From the NCBI GenBank assembly GCA_016195265.1, contig JACPZW010000073.1:4798-68797 (forward strand): 64,000 bases of DNA, read 5' to 3'. Shown piece by piece: positions 1 through 9,447 of the stretch. A program made the position numbers and the translations under genes. The stretch comes from Acidobacteriota bacterium (GTDB lineage Bacteria > Acidobacteriota > Vicinamibacteria > Vicinamibacterales > CAVVIG01). Positions within the stretch are counted from its first letter, which is position 1. The number at the start of each line of letters is the position of its first letter. The notes under the pieces are model-generated. The model was not told where the DNA came from. It saw only the letters and a list, made by a program, of their open reading frames with translations, and searched no databases.

Positions 1-2166
1 GTGCCTGCAGCGAGCCCGTGTCGCGATCGTCGACCTTGACGGTGCGCTCGCTCTCGGGAAACGTGACGAAGTCGACGAGCGCTTCCACGGTCGGCCCGGC
101 CGACTGCGCGGCCGGCGGCTCGGGCCGGGTGCCGTCGATCACGAACGTCGCCACGCCCCACGCGAACGGCAGCGCGAGCGAGCCGCCGGTCACCACGGGC
201 TGACCCGCGTACCAGCACCGGTCGCCAATCACCTGACAGCGCACGCGCACGGCACCCTCGCGCTCGGTCTGCCCGTCGATCCGCGCCCACGTCTTCACGA
301 CGCCTGGGCCGATGGGCTCGATCTGCGGCGTGTCGCGTCCCACGCGCACCACGTCGACCGCCGTCGTGCCGTCCGCCTGCCGGATGGCCGTCCCCGTCGT
401 CAGCTTGGCGGTCGCGCGGGCGTCGAGATGCTGAAAGCGTCCTTCCGCGAACACGACGCCGACCGGCGGCGAGGCCATCTGCACGACCGTGAGCGCCGAG
501 TCGAGACGCGCGACCAGATCGGCCGCCTCGAGCAGCGCGACGTCGTAGACCCCCGGCGGCAGCGACGGCAGATCCAGCTCGGCTTCGTTCGGGTTCTTGA
601 TGAGGTACGCGGCGTCCGGCGGCCGATCGTGGCGATCGAGCAGGACCAGCGCCTGCCCGTGCGGAACGAGGTACGCGTGCAGGTACGGCTTCAAATGCCG
701 GCCGCGCAGCACCACGCGTCCCGGCGCGTAGACCTGGCGCGGCTCGACGGCGTCGGGCCGGGGCGCGGGCGTTCGTAACGCGAGATACAGCAGGGCGCCG
801 ATTGGAAGCGCCAGCAGGAACACGCCGGCCCACGCGTCGATGCGATTGATATTGATCCGCGAGCGTCCACGTTCGATCTGCTGCGAGGCGCCGACGGCGG
901 ACAGCCAGACCGCGAACGGCACGATCGTGTCGCGATGGCGGATCAGCGTGCCGATGTTCCCGCTGTTGACGCCGATCAGCAGCGCGCCCGTGATGACAAA
1001 GCCGCCGAGCACACACGTCAGCAGCGGATCGCGCCGGAGGCCGGCGCGCGCGCCGATCGCGGCGAGCACGATCACCACGTACCAGAGCATCTGCTGCGGG
1101 AGCATCGCGATCTCGGCGCGTCCCCGCAGAATCCACGGCTCGGGCACGGTGAAGAAACGGACGACACTGCGGACCACGAATCCGGCCGTCGCGGCGGGCG
1201 CCAGCGTCTGCGGCCGGACGCCGACGTAGTACTCGTCGCCGAGGAGCCGGAACGAATGTCCGGGCGTCAGCACGTGCCCGATGTGATGGTTCGTCGCGAC
1301 GCGCACGCCGGCGTGCAGCGCCGTGGTCACGGCCGGCACGGTGAAGGCGACGACGCCGGCCGCGACGGCGCCGCACGCGAGCAGGCCGAAAGCCCACCGC
1401 GATCGGACGCCGAGCCAGGCAATCACGCCCACTGCCAGCGCGGCGGCCGTCAGCGTCGCCGCATCGTAGCGCAGGCTGCGAATGGCCAGCAGCGCGGCCA
1501 CGATCGCGACCGCGGCCCACACGCCGCGGTTCCAGGTGCGCGCGCGCAGCGCCATCACCGCCCACACGGCGATCGCCGCCAGCAGGAAATACGGCGCTTC
1601 CTTGAGCGGCGACATCGACCACACGAACAGCGTCGGCAGAACCGTCACGATCAACAGACCGATGAGCGCGGGCCGCGGACCGCAGTGCGCGCGCACGAGC
1701 CTGAACATCAGCACCGCGCCGGCGAAAAACAGCACGGTCGACGCCAGATGTGCGGCGTACGGCGACGGACCGAACACCGTATGGAACGCCGCGAGGACGT
1801 AGTTGTAGCTGCTCCAGCCGTAGGACGCGTCGAACGCTTCGAAGTAGTCGCGCGGCGCGAACGGCTGGCCGGCCAGGGCGTTGCGAATCCATATCGATCG
1901 CTGGAGCATGTACAACGCGTCGCCTCCGGAGAGCGTGGCGAACGATCGCTCGGCCGGTTTCGCGAGGAACGGCAACGCGCCCACCGCGGCCACGCGCGCG
2001 CCGATCGTCACGCACAGCCACGTCACGACCCACTGCCGCTCCTCCCCCCGAGATCGCGCGCCGCCCACACGACCAGCGCGCAGAGCGCCGCCACCATGGC
2101 GAGGCCCGCAGGAGACAGCGTCGCGAACACGCCAAGGATGGCGCCGAGAAGAGTCGCCGGGATCAT
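1..2166 (-). CDS. Module I: polytopic membrane protein (uncharacterised, GT-C-like) fused in-frame to a DUF4330-like/IPT-type domain; 3' end outside window; apparent 1-nt frameshift in the C6 run 2044-2049
   Basis: Absent from the ORF track because no stop lies inside the window. Manual minus-strand translation from ATG 2166 gives MIPATLLGAILGVFATLSPAGLAMVAALCALVVWAARDLGG, then a stop 5 codons later. Shifting one base at the homopolymer continues EERQWVVTWLCVTIGARVAAVGALPFLAKP...GGDALYMLQRSIWIRN...GPSPYAAHLA...SPLKEAPYF...GVNSGNIGTLIRHRDTIVPFAVWLSAVGASQQIERGRSRININRIDAWAGVFLLALPIGALLYLALRTPAPRPDAVEPRQVYAPGRVVLRGRHLKPYLHAYL..., open to base 1. Both halves align with the separate genes 3443-4843 and 2244-3446. 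Confidence 0.6.
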
Positions 2167-2170
2167 GTCG

Positions 2171-2203
2171 GTGGCTGGTGGCTGGTGGCTGGCGGCTGGT
2201 GGC
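2171..2203. repeat. Heptanucleotide microsatellite (GTGGCTG)x4.7
   Basis: gtggctg gtggctg gtggctg gcggctg gtggc, 4 nt upstream (in transcript sense) of ATG 2166. Confidence 0.9.
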
Positions 2204-2243
2204 CCGCCTTAGCGCTGCGCGCTACGGCGAGGCAGGCTGGTAG

Positions 2244-3446
2244 CTACCGCGGAACCGTCACACTCGTAATCGTGCCGCGCACGACGTACGCGTCGGTCTG
2301 AAACACGATCGCTGCGCCGGCCTTGATCACCTGCGAGCGATACGACCAGCCGCCCGCCACTTTCGTGACGGGCACCCGCAGCGTGCACTCGAGGACGCCG
2401 ACCTTCTCCGGGCCGCGCACGGTGCCGTCGATCAAACTCTCGTTCAGCTCGCTCGTCCGCTCGCTGCGGCGCCCCAGCGCGACGATCCGCGCCGGGCTGT
2501 CCCGGTCTCCGCCCGGCGACACGTCAGCGTCCTGCTCGCGGATCAGCGCGAGGACCTCGGGCCGGTCCTGAAGCCGGATCGTCACGCTGGCATTCACGGC
2601 GCGCTCGGGTTCGTCGGGCGCGATTTCGGAGACCACGAAGATCACGGGCGTCCCGCCCGCGTCGGCCTGCACGTTCTTGCCGGGCGCGAGCAGCGCACCG
2701 CCGGGCAGATAGCACTTGAATCCGTCGACGTCGCAGCGGGCGCGCAACTCCGCGCCCACCTGCCAGCGGTTCGTCATTCTCGAGACGATGCTCTTCTCGC
2801 CGGCGTCCAGCCGGACCTCGGCCGGCGCCGGCGGCTTCACGCTCAGAATCTCGCCCCACGACTCGGCGGATCCGCCGGGAAGTCTGGCGCCCGCGGCCAG
2901 CTTGGCGGCCACCTCCTTCGTGAGATTCGTGAAGGCGCCTCGCACGCGCACGACGGCTTTCGGATCGCCGGCGCGCGGCGGCGGCGGCGGCGGCGGATTC
3001 ACCACGACGGCGGCTTCACGCACGGCGACGATGTTCGCTTCATTCTGCAGGATGAAGTCGTAGGTGCCGGGCAGCAGGTTGTCCGGCAGCCGGATCTCGG
3101 CGAGCTGCGGGCTTTCGACGAGGAACCGCGCCTGCGTGTAGTTCACGAGCGCGTAATTGTCGAACGACGTCATCGGATTCAGATCGTGCATCACCGCCGA
3201 CGGCTTGTTCGTGCGCTGCAGGTACAGGCGGAGGTAGGGCAGCAGGTTGTCGCCCTTGACGGCGATGCGAATGTCCGGTCCGGCGGTCACCGTCGAGGGC
3301 GTCAGCGTCGCGATCGTCGGCGCCACCGGCACGCGGAGGATCCGGTAGCCGGCGACCCCGAGCGCCAGCATGATCAGCACGACGACGCCGGCGACGGCGT
3401 CGAAGAGATTGACTCCGCCGAAGAGACGGCCTTCCTGATCGATCAT
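2244..3446 (-). CDS. Module II partner: single-pass membrane-anchored DUF4330-like protein, long form (TM anchor + IPT/Ig-like region + extra C-terminal beta-rich region)
   Basis: Track ORF 2244..3767 trimmed to internal ATG 3446 (MIDQEGRLFGGVNLFDAVAGVVVLIMLALGVAGYRILRVPVAPTIATLTPSTV...). ATGA overlap with the stop of 3443-4843. N-terminal signature and C-terminal GGWSYRSQVIKAGAAIVFQTDAYVVRGTI motif are shared with 9970-10791, 12462-13316 and 13316-14167. Confidence 0.75.
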   Translation of the reverse strand: MIDQEGRLFGGVNLFDAVAGVVVLIMLALGVAGYRILRVPVAPTIATLTPSTVTAGPDIRIAVKGDNLLPYLRLYLQRTNKPSAVMHDLNPMTSFDNYALVNYTQARFLVESPQLAEIRLPDNLLPGTYDFILQNEANIVAVREAAVVVNPPPPPPPRAGDPKAVVRVRGAFTNLTKEVAAKLAAGARLPGGSAESWGEILSVKPPAPAEVRLDAGEKSIVSRMTNRWQVGAELRARCDVDGFKCYLPGGALLAPGKNVQADAGGTPVIFVVSEIAPDEPERAVNASVTIRLQDRPEVLALIREQDADVSPGGDRDSPARIVALGRRSERTSELNESLIDGTVRGPEKVGVLECTLRVPVTKVAGGWSYRSQVIKAGAAIVFQTDAYVVRGTITSVTVPR

Positions 3447-4843
3447 CGCCACGACGCCACCACCTTCTCCGGACGTGGACGAGCCGGCAGGGCGACGAAC
3501 CGCCCGGCCACGGTGACGCCGCCGAAACCGGCGAGCACCAGGACGAACGGCACGATCATGTCGCGATGCCGGATGAGCGTTCCAATGTTGCCGCTGTTGG
3601 GCGCGACGACGACGACGCCGGCGGCGATCATGCCGGCGAGCACCGACGCCAGCAGCGGCTGCCGCCACATGCCGCGAATCCCGCCGGCAATGGCCAGCAG
3701 GACCGCCCCGTACCACAGCACCTGCTGCGGGATCAGCGCGAGCCATTTCATCGAGTCGGCCGCCCACGGCAGCGGCTGCGCGAAGAACATGACGACCGAT
3801 CGAATCAGAAACCGCGTGCCTTCGCCGGGCGTGAGCGCAAACGGCGGGCCGTCGACCGGATCGGTGGACACACCGGCGTAGTACTTGTCATCCACCAGCC
3901 GGTAGTACGCGCCGGGCGATCGCGCATGGCCCAGATGTCTGATCGCGGCGTCCCGCACGCCCGCCGCCAAGGCTTTCTGAACGTAGACGGTCCGCGCGCC
4001 GACGGCGACCCCGCACGCCACCAGCACGAAGGTGACCGCGACGAGCGCGGTACGGCGCGTGGTCGCCCAGAGCACGGCGCCGGCACCGGCGCCCGCCGCG
4101 GCAATCGCGGCGGCGCCGCTGCGCAACGTGCCGCTCATCGCGATCGCGAAGGCGAGCGCCGCGACCGACGAGACCTTCACCGGCCAGCGGCCCTGCACGA
4201 CGCCGACGCTGGCCACGACGGCCGTGGTCAGCAGGAGAAACTGCATGGCCTCCTTGAGCGGCACCACGGACCACGCGAAGACGCTCGGCATGAACAGGAC
4301 GCCGGCGAGACCGGCAAACGCCGCCAGCGGACCGAACGCCCGGCGGCAGCACCGATACAGGAGCGACGCGGCGGTCAGAAACAGCGCGGCGCTGAAGACG
4401 GCGACGCCGTACGGCGAGCGCCCGAACAGGACGTGCAGAAAGGCGAGCACGTAGTTGTACGCGGACCAGCCGAACTGCGGCTCGAACGCCTCGATGTAGT
4501 CGCGTGAGCCGACCGGAATGCCGAGGAAGATGTTGCGGATCCAGATCGATCGCTGGATGGCGTACTGCGCGTCGCCGAAATAGCTGGTGTACGACTGCCG
4601 CTGCGGATCGACGAGAAACGGCAGGACGCCGATGGCCATCATCCGCAACGCGAGCGCCGCGCCGAGCGCGGCGAGCAGCCAGTGCCGCTCGCGGCCGTCG
4701 ATGTCGCGCGCGGTCCAGCGGAACAGCCCGGCCATCCAGATCAGACACACCACCGTCAGCGGCGAGAGGGTGTACGCGACGCCGGCGAGAACCGCCGCAA
4801 GAATGACGAATGGCTGATGGCTGGCTGATGGCTGAGATCGCAT
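3443..4843 (-). CDS. Module II: polytopic membrane protein, uncharacterised GT-C-like family
   Basis: 466-aa ORF with many hydrophobic helices. Motifs: YFGDAQYAIQRSIWIRN (first loop), GRSPYG, PLKEAMQ, C-terminal APNSGNIGTLIRHRDMIVPF. Three paralogues in the window. N-terminus (MRSQPSASHQP) is encoded by a heptamer-type repeat. Confidence 0.8.
   Translation of the reverse strand: MRSQPSASHQPFVILAAVLAGVAYTLSPLTVVCLIWMAGLFRWTARDIDGRERHWLLAALGAALALRMMAIGVLPFLVDPQRQSYTSYFGDAQYAIQRSIWIRNIFLGIPVGSRDYIEAFEPQFGWSAYNYVLAFLHVLFGRSPYGVAVFSAALFLTAASLLYRCCRRAFGPLAAFAGLAGVLFMPSVFAWSVVPLKEAMQFLLLTTAVVASVGVVQGRWPVKVSSVAALAFAIAMSGTLRSGAAAIAAAGAGAGAVLWATTRRTALVAVTFVLVACGVAVGARTVYVQKALAAGVRDAAIRHLGHARSPGAYYRLVDDKYYAGVSTDPVDGPPFALTPGEGTRFLIRSVVMFFAQPLPWAADSMKWLALIPQQVLWYGAVLLAIAGGIRGMWRQPLLASVLAGMIAAGVVVVAPNSGNIGTLIRHRDMIVPFVLVLAGFGGVTVAGRFVALPARPRPEKVVASWR
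4811..4836. repeat. Heptamer-type microsatellite variant (TGGCTGA/TGGCTGG)
   Basis: tggctga tggctgg ctgatgg ctgag. Encodes the first residues (SQPSASHQP) of 3443-4843. Confidence 0.75.
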
Positions 4844-4846
4844 CCG

Positions 4847-5791
4847 TCAGACCTCGAACTTCAGCGCGGTGTCGGCCAGATGCGCTTCGCTCGCGCCGAA
4901 CGCCCGGCGCAGCCGCCGCCACGGCAGCGCCGCGATGTACGCGAGGCTGGCCGGCGACGCCGCGATGCTGCGGAAGGCGTACGCAATCGCCTGGCCGGTA
5001 TTGCCGGCCTCGAGGTGCGATCCGGACAACATGAGATAAAGGTTGGCGTACGCCCGGCGCCGCAGCGGCTGCACTTCGCCGGCAGCCGGATCCGCGAACA
5101 TCTGCGCGAACCCGTGGAGCATGTCGTGCTCGAAGACCTTCACGTTGCGGTGCATGCTGGCCGGCCGCATCCGGTACTGCATCAGCGGCTCGCGGACGAC
5201 GTCGACTTCCCAGTAGCACGCGATGCGCCGCCACATGTCCCAGTCCGCCGCCGTCGACATCTCGGGATCGAACCGGCCGGCCTTGTCGAAGCATTCACGA
5301 CGGACGACCGCGGTGCTGCCGCCGGCCAGGACGACGGTCCCGCGGAGCATCGCGATCTCGCGCAGCACGCGGCCGCGGCGGCCGGTGAAGTTCGTGCCGA
5401 GCGGCCGCAGGCGCTCGTCCACGTACTCGACGGCGCAGTATACGAGGCCGACGGCGGGATTCGCGAACAGCGGCACCTGCTTCGCCAGCTTGTCGGGATG
5501 CCACAGATCGTCGGCGTCGAGGAACGCGACGAGCTCGCCGCGGCTGCGCGCGATGCCGGCGTTGCGCGCGGCCGAGACGCCCTGGTTGGCCTGAGTGACA
5601 ACCTGTAAACGAGCGGGGCCGGCGCGGTCGACGTAGCGCTTCAGGATCTCCAGCGACTCATCGGTCGAACCATCGTCGACGACGATAATCTCGCGGTTCG
5701 TGTACGACTGGCCGAGGACGCTGTCCAGCGCGGCGGCGAGAAATCGCTCGCAGTTGTGGTTCGGCACGACGACGGACACCAGCGGCGTCAC
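4847..5791 (-). CDS. Family 2 glycosyltransferase (GT-A fold)
   Basis: VSVVVPNHNCERFLAAALDSVLGQSY...IIVVDDGSTDES...FLDADDLW. Start set at GTG 5791, which forms a GTGA overlap with the stop of 5788-6585. The track ORF extends to 5893. Confidence 0.8.
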   Translation of the reverse strand: MTPLVSVVVPNHNCERFLAAALDSVLGQSYTNREIIVVDDGSTDESLEILKRYVDRAGPARLQVVTQANQGVSAARNAGIARSRGELVAFLDADDLWHPDKLAKQVPLFANPAVGLVYCAVEYVDERLRPLGTNFTGRRGRVLREIAMLRGTVVLAGGSTAVVRRECFDKAGRFDPEMSTAADWDMWRRIACYWEVDVVREPLMQYRMRPASMHRNVKVFEHDMLHGFAQMFADPAAGEVQPLRRRAYANLYLMLSGSHLEAGNTGQAIAYAFRSIAASPASLAYIAALPWRRLRRAFGASEAHLADTALKFEV

Positions 5792-6585
5792 GCGCGGACT
5801 CCGCGGCAGATTGCGACGAGGACGGGCGCGGCGTCCACGCCCGCGGCCGAGAATTCGTAGTCGTGCTCGGACGGAATCAGCGGATGGCCCCACAGCGCGC
5901 GGCTCAACACGTCGCGAACGGCAGCGGGCGTCCGGTTCAGTACGCGCCAGGTCATCAGCTTCGCCTGCGGGCCCAGCGTGCGCGGCATGCGCTGCTGGTC
6001 GTCCCAGAACGGCGACACCGCAAAACGCGAGCTGAGCGCCTGGCCGAGTAGTTCGACCTGCGCGAACCGGCGGCCCAGCTCGACCCTGAATTCCGCGGGG
6101 TCGTACTCGTGCACGTGAAACGGGTTGCGCGGTGTGCCGTCAACAGGCCGCGTGTAGTTCGCGTTCGGCGTCGACATGACGCAGACGCCTTCGGGCGCGA
6201 GCACGCGCCGCACTTCGCGGACGAAGCCGGCGCGATCGCGCAGATGCTCGATGGTCTCGAAGGAGGTCACGACGTCCCAGGCGGCGTCGGGAAACGGCAG
6301 CCGGCACGCGTCCGACCGGACGACGGCGGCGCTGCGATCGGACATCGTTGTCGCGGCCGAGCGCGCGGTCTTGAGCGCGTCGAAATCGGCGTCGGCGCCG
6401 ACGACGGCGCGCGCGGATCCCGCGAGGAGCGCGAGACCGTAGCCTGTGCCGCAGGCGACGTCCAGAATGCGGCGCTGCTCGACGAACGGCCGCGCGAACA
6501 AGTAGCGCGAGGCATGAACGCCCCACCACGGCGACTCGCGCCGCGTCGCGGGATCGATCGCCGGTTCGTGGCGTTCGACGGTCAT
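5788..6585 (-). CDS. Class I SAM-dependent methyltransferase
   Basis: ILDVACGTGYGLALLA (motif I), VVTSFETIEHL, LAPEGVCVMSTPN. Start trimmed to ATG 6585 (MTVERHEP) because the first 21 codons of the track ORF lie in repeat element A. Confidence 0.8.
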   Translation of the reverse strand: MTVERHEPAIDPATRRESPWWGVHASRYLFARPFVEQRRILDVACGTGYGLALLAGSARAVVGADADFDALKTARSAATTMSDRSAAVVRSDACRLPFPDAAWDVVTSFETIEHLRDRAGFVREVRRVLAPEGVCVMSTPNANYTRPVDGTPRNPFHVHEYDPAEFRVELGRRFAQVELLGQALSSRFAVSPFWDDQQRMPRTLGPQAKLMTWRVLNRTPAAVRDVLSRALWGHPLIPSEHDYEFSAAGVDAAPVLVAICRGVRA

Positions 6586-6626
6586 GCAGCGGACAGCGGC
6601 GAGGAGAGCGCAGACAAGGATGAAAA

Positions 6627-6902
6627 GGCCACAGAGACACCGGGACACAGAGGCGCGCTGCAGATTCGGCGGGTCGGCCTGCCTCGCAGGCCGACCCGCA
6701 GCGCCGGATCGGACCGAGACGCGAACCTCGGATCAACCAACATTGGTTCGTGTCTCGGTCCGACTCCGGCGACGCCGCCGCTTCGCGGCGCCCGCCGAAT
6801 CTCGTTCACCGCGCTGATCGTGCGCGTTCTCACGCCGTCTCTTCTCGGTGTCTCCGTGTCTCCGTGGCCAATTTCCCTCCGTGGCCTCCGTGTCCTCCGT
6901 GG
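6627..6902. repeat. Structured palindromic intergenic element, copy A (core inverted relative to copies B and D)
   Basis: Inner inverted repeats GGCCACAGAGACACCGGGACAC / GTGTCTCCGTGTCTCCGTGGCC. Core 6661-6803: closing stem CAGATTCGGCGGG/CCCGCCGAATCT enclosing three hairpins (TCGGCCTGC-ctc-GCAGGCCGA; a ~25-bp stem CCGGATCGGACCGAGACGCGAACC...GGTTCGTGTCTCGGTCCGACTCCGG; CGCCGC-ttc-GCGGCG). Right outer flank is a CCTCCGTGG-type repeat. Confidence 0.8.
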
Positions 6903-6904
6903 TT

Positions 6905-8809
6905 TCATCTTGCACTCGCGAGGGCCGCCTGCGGCGAAGCGGCGGCGGCCTGCTCGGTTTTCAGGAACACGTAGTCCTCCATGACCAGCACGTCCATGTG
7001 CGTCTTCATGAAGCAGCGGTACGCGTCCTCCGGCGTGCAGACGATCGGCTCGTCCTTCACGTTGAACGACGTGTTCACGATGACGGGACAGCCCGTGTTC
7101 CGGAAAAACGCCTCGATGATGTCGTAATACAGCGGGTTCGTTTCGCGGCGGACGGTCTGGATGCGCGCCGAATAGTCGACGTGCGTCACCGCCGGAATCT
7201 GCGAGCGCACGACGTTCAGCTTCTCGATGCCCCACCGCTGCTCGTCGGCCGCGGTCGGTGTCACACGACGCTCGGGCTTCACGCCGGCGACGAGGAGCAT
7301 GTACGGGCTCTCCTCGTCCAGCTCGAACCATTCATTCACGTGCTCGCGCAGGACCGCCGGCGCGAACGGCCGGAACGACTCGCGGAACTTGATCTTCAGA
7401 TTGAGCACCGACTGCATCTTGGGTGAGCGCGCGTCGCCGATGATCGACCGGCCGCCGAGCGCGCGCGGACCGAACTCCATCCGGCCCTGGAACAGTCCGA
7501 TCACTTTCTCGTCGGCGAGACATGCGGCGACGCGCGTCGCCAGCTCCGCCCGGGGCACGCGCTCGCCCATCACGCCGCGGCTCCTCATCCACGCGGCGAT
7601 CTCCTCGTTCGAGAACTTCGGGCCGAGCAGACCGGCCTGCATGGCGTCGTCGTAGACCGGGACATTCTTTCCAGGTACGCGCGCCGGCACAGAAGTCTTC
7701 CCCACTGCTGCGCCAGCCGGCACCCACGTGCCCCTGCGTTCGGCGCTCTCGCGCGGCTGACCAAGGTACCGATGCCAGATCGCGTACGCGACGCCCAGTG
7801 CGCCGCCCGCGTCGCCCGACGCCGGCTGAATCCAGAGATGACGGAACGGCCCTTCACGCAGGATGCGCCCGTTGCCGACGCAGTTGAGCGCGACGCCGCC
7901 CGCCAAGCAGAGCCGATCGAGGCCGGTCTCGCGGTGCGCCGTCCGCGCCATGCGCAGCATGATCTCCTCGGTCACGTCCTGCACGGAGCGCGCGAGATCC
8001 ATTTCGCGCTGCGTGACGGGCGCGTCGGGATCGCGGCGCGGCCCGCCGAACAGCCGCTCGAAACCGTCGCCGGTCATCGTCAGGCCGCGATGGAACGTGA
8101 AGCTCTCGAGATTCAGCCGGATGCTGCCGTCGTCGGCGATGTCGATCAGGTGATCGCGGATCGCCGTGACGTACTTCGGCTCGCCGTACGGCGCGAGCCC
8201 CATGATCTTGTATTCGCCTTCGTTGACCTTGAAGCCGGTGAAGTAGGTGAAGGCGGAGTACAGCAGCCCGACCGAGTGCGGGAACTGCGTCTCCTTGATC
8301 ATCGTCAGGTCGTGGCCGCGACCGGCGCCGATCGACGAGGTCGTCCACTCGCCGACGCCGTCGATCGTGAGGATTGCCGCTTCTTCAAAGGGCGATGGAT
8401 AAAACGCCGAGGCCGCGTGCGATTCATGATGGTCGCCGAACAGGATCGTCTGCTTGGTGCCGAGCGCCTTCTGGATTTCGGTGGCCTGCCACAGCTTTTC
8501 GCCGAGCCAGAGCGGCATCGCCATCATGAACGGACGGAACCCGCGCGGCGACACGGCGATGGACGTCTCGAGCAATCGATCGAATTTGACGAGCGGCTTC
8601 TCGTAGAACGCGACGTGTGCGACCTGGTCAATCGTGATCCCGGCTTCGCGCAGACAGTACGCGACCGCGTTCGACGGGAACGCGGCGTCGTGCTTCTTGC
8701 GCGTGAACCGTTCCTCCTGCGCCGCGCCGACGATCCGGCCGTCGCGCAGCAGGCACGCGGCCGAGTCGTGATAGTAGGCGGAGAGGCCGAGGATGTAGGT
8801 GGGGCTCAT
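6905..8809 (-). CDS. Carbamoyltransferase, NodU/CmcH (SxtI-like) family
   Basis: MSPTYILGLSAYYHDSAACLLRDGRIVGAAQEERFTRKKHD... typical Carbam_trans N-terminus, 634 aa. Start at internal ATG 8809. Confidence 0.85.
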   Translation of the reverse strand: MSPTYILGLSAYYHDSAACLLRDGRIVGAAQEERFTRKKHDAAFPSNAVAYCLREAGITIDQVAHVAFYEKPLVKFDRLLETSIAVSPRGFRPFMMAMPLWLGEKLWQATEIQKALGTKQTILFGDHHESHAASAFYPSPFEEAAILTIDGVGEWTTSSIGAGRGHDLTMIKETQFPHSVGLLYSAFTYFTGFKVNEGEYKIMGLAPYGEPKYVTAIRDHLIDIADDGSIRLNLESFTFHRGLTMTGDGFERLFGGPRRDPDAPVTQREMDLARSVQDVTEEIMLRMARTAHRETGLDRLCLAGGVALNCVGNGRILREGPFRHLWIQPASGDAGGALGVAYAIWHRYLGQPRESAERRGTWVPAGAAVGKTSVPARVPGKNVPVYDDAMQAGLLGPKFSNEEIAAWMRSRGVMGERVPRAELATRVAACLADEKVIGLFQGRMEFGPRALGGRSIIGDARSPKMQSVLNLKIKFRESFRPFAPAVLREHVNEWFELDEESPYMLLVAGVKPERRVTPTAADEQRWGIEKLNVVRSQIPAVTHVDYSARIQTVRRETNPLYYDIIEAFFRNTGCPVIVNTSFNVKDEPIVCTPEDAYRCFMKTHMDVLVMEDYVFLKTEQAAAASPQAALASAR

Positions 8810-8840
8810 GAGAGGGCTAAGGGCTGGAAAAACGTTCGTC

Positions 8841-8875
8841 CAGCCACCAGTCACAGCCACCAGCCACCAGCCACC
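8841..8875. repeat. Heptanucleotide microsatellite (CAGCCAC)x5, opposite orientation to the other copies
   Basis: cagccac cagtcac agccac cagccac cagccac, in the spacer between 8879-9037 and 6905-8809. Confidence 0.9.
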
Positions 8876-8878
8876 TGA

Positions 8879-9037
8879 TCAAAAGAGTGAATAGATAAAC
8901 GGCGCCACGGCGCTGCTCTGCGCGAAGACGAGCAGCAGGCCGAGCAGGATCAGCACGACCGCGATCGGCGCGAGCCAGTACTTCTTTTCCTGCTTGAGAA
9001 AATCCCAGAACTCTCCAAGAACGGATCGTTGAGCCAT
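8879..9037 (-). CDS. Small single-TM protein, DUF5989 / SxtK-like
   Basis: 52 aa: MAQRSVLGEFWDFLKQEKKYWLAPIAVVLILLGLLLVFAQSSAVAPFIYSLF. This matches my recollection of the DUF5989 consensus and sits in the usual position beside a carbamoyltransferase. Confidence 0.7.
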   Translation of the reverse strand: MAQRSVLGEFWDFLKQEKKYWLAPIAVVLILLGLLLVFAQSSAVAPFIYSLF

Positions 9038-9045
9038 GCCAAACC

Positions 9046-9447
9046 TCAGTACAGATGATCGAAGTGTTTCGGATCCCGCAAGCGCGGCGGCGCCGGCACC
9101 CAGGACGGCGGCGCGGCGCGCCAGCGGCGGCCGAGACGGTCCCGGCCGGCGAGACGCTGAATCACGCCGTACGGCGTGATGATCAGGAAGAAGAAAATCG
9201 ACAGCAGGATCCGGCTGTTCACCCAGCCGAGCGCGCGCGCAAACTTCATCCACACGCGATTCGGCGCGTCGAACAGGCGCGGCGCCGCCCACGCCACGAT
9301 GAGGAAGAACGCCGCCGCCGCCGCGAACGCTTCGGCCGCGGTCATGCGTCCGCGCCACAGCCGGTGCGCGGCCAGGGCGACGCACAAACCGCCGAACGCG
9401 ATGCCGAACGATCGGCCGCCCTTCCCGGGTGTGTCGACTACTGCCAT
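9046..9447 (-). CDS. SxtJ-like small membrane protein
   Basis: 133 aa from internal ATG 9447: MAVVDTPGKGGRSFGIAFGGLCVALAAHRLW...NSRILLSIFFFLIITPYGVIQRLAGRD. Canonical neighbour of the carbamoyltransferase/DUF5989 pair. Confidence 0.65.
   Translation of the reverse strand: MAVVDTPGKGGRSFGIAFGGLCVALAAHRLWRGRMTAAEAFAAAAAFFLIVAWAAPRLFDAPNRVWMKFARALGWVNSRILLSIFFFLIITPYGVIQRLAGRDRLGRRWRAAPPSWVPAPPRLRDPKHFDHLY

Noticed and set aside
935-2212. Long plus-strand ORFs rich in Arg/His/Asp/Gly. Examples: 935-2212, 10748-12511, 13964-15619, 28624-30732, 30708-32747 and 41393-44098, with similar minus-strand ones in the plus-strand block.
   Set aside because: These are typical antisense or off-frame shadow ORFs of high-GC genes. 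They have extreme R/H/P/G composition and no recognisable motifs. Each is fully overlapped by an opposite-strand ORF with clear family signatures.
6733-6915. Small ORFs inside the structured repeats. Examples: 6733-6915 MQDETTEDTEATEG..., 62615-62953 MSNHGGHGGRGEDVNSHRDTETQR..., 10847-11080, 6750-6974 and 10974-11231.
   Set aside because: Their sequences are dictated by the short tandem/inverted repeats and by hairpin arms read in either direction. They occur on both strands of the same element and have no coherent protein-like composition.
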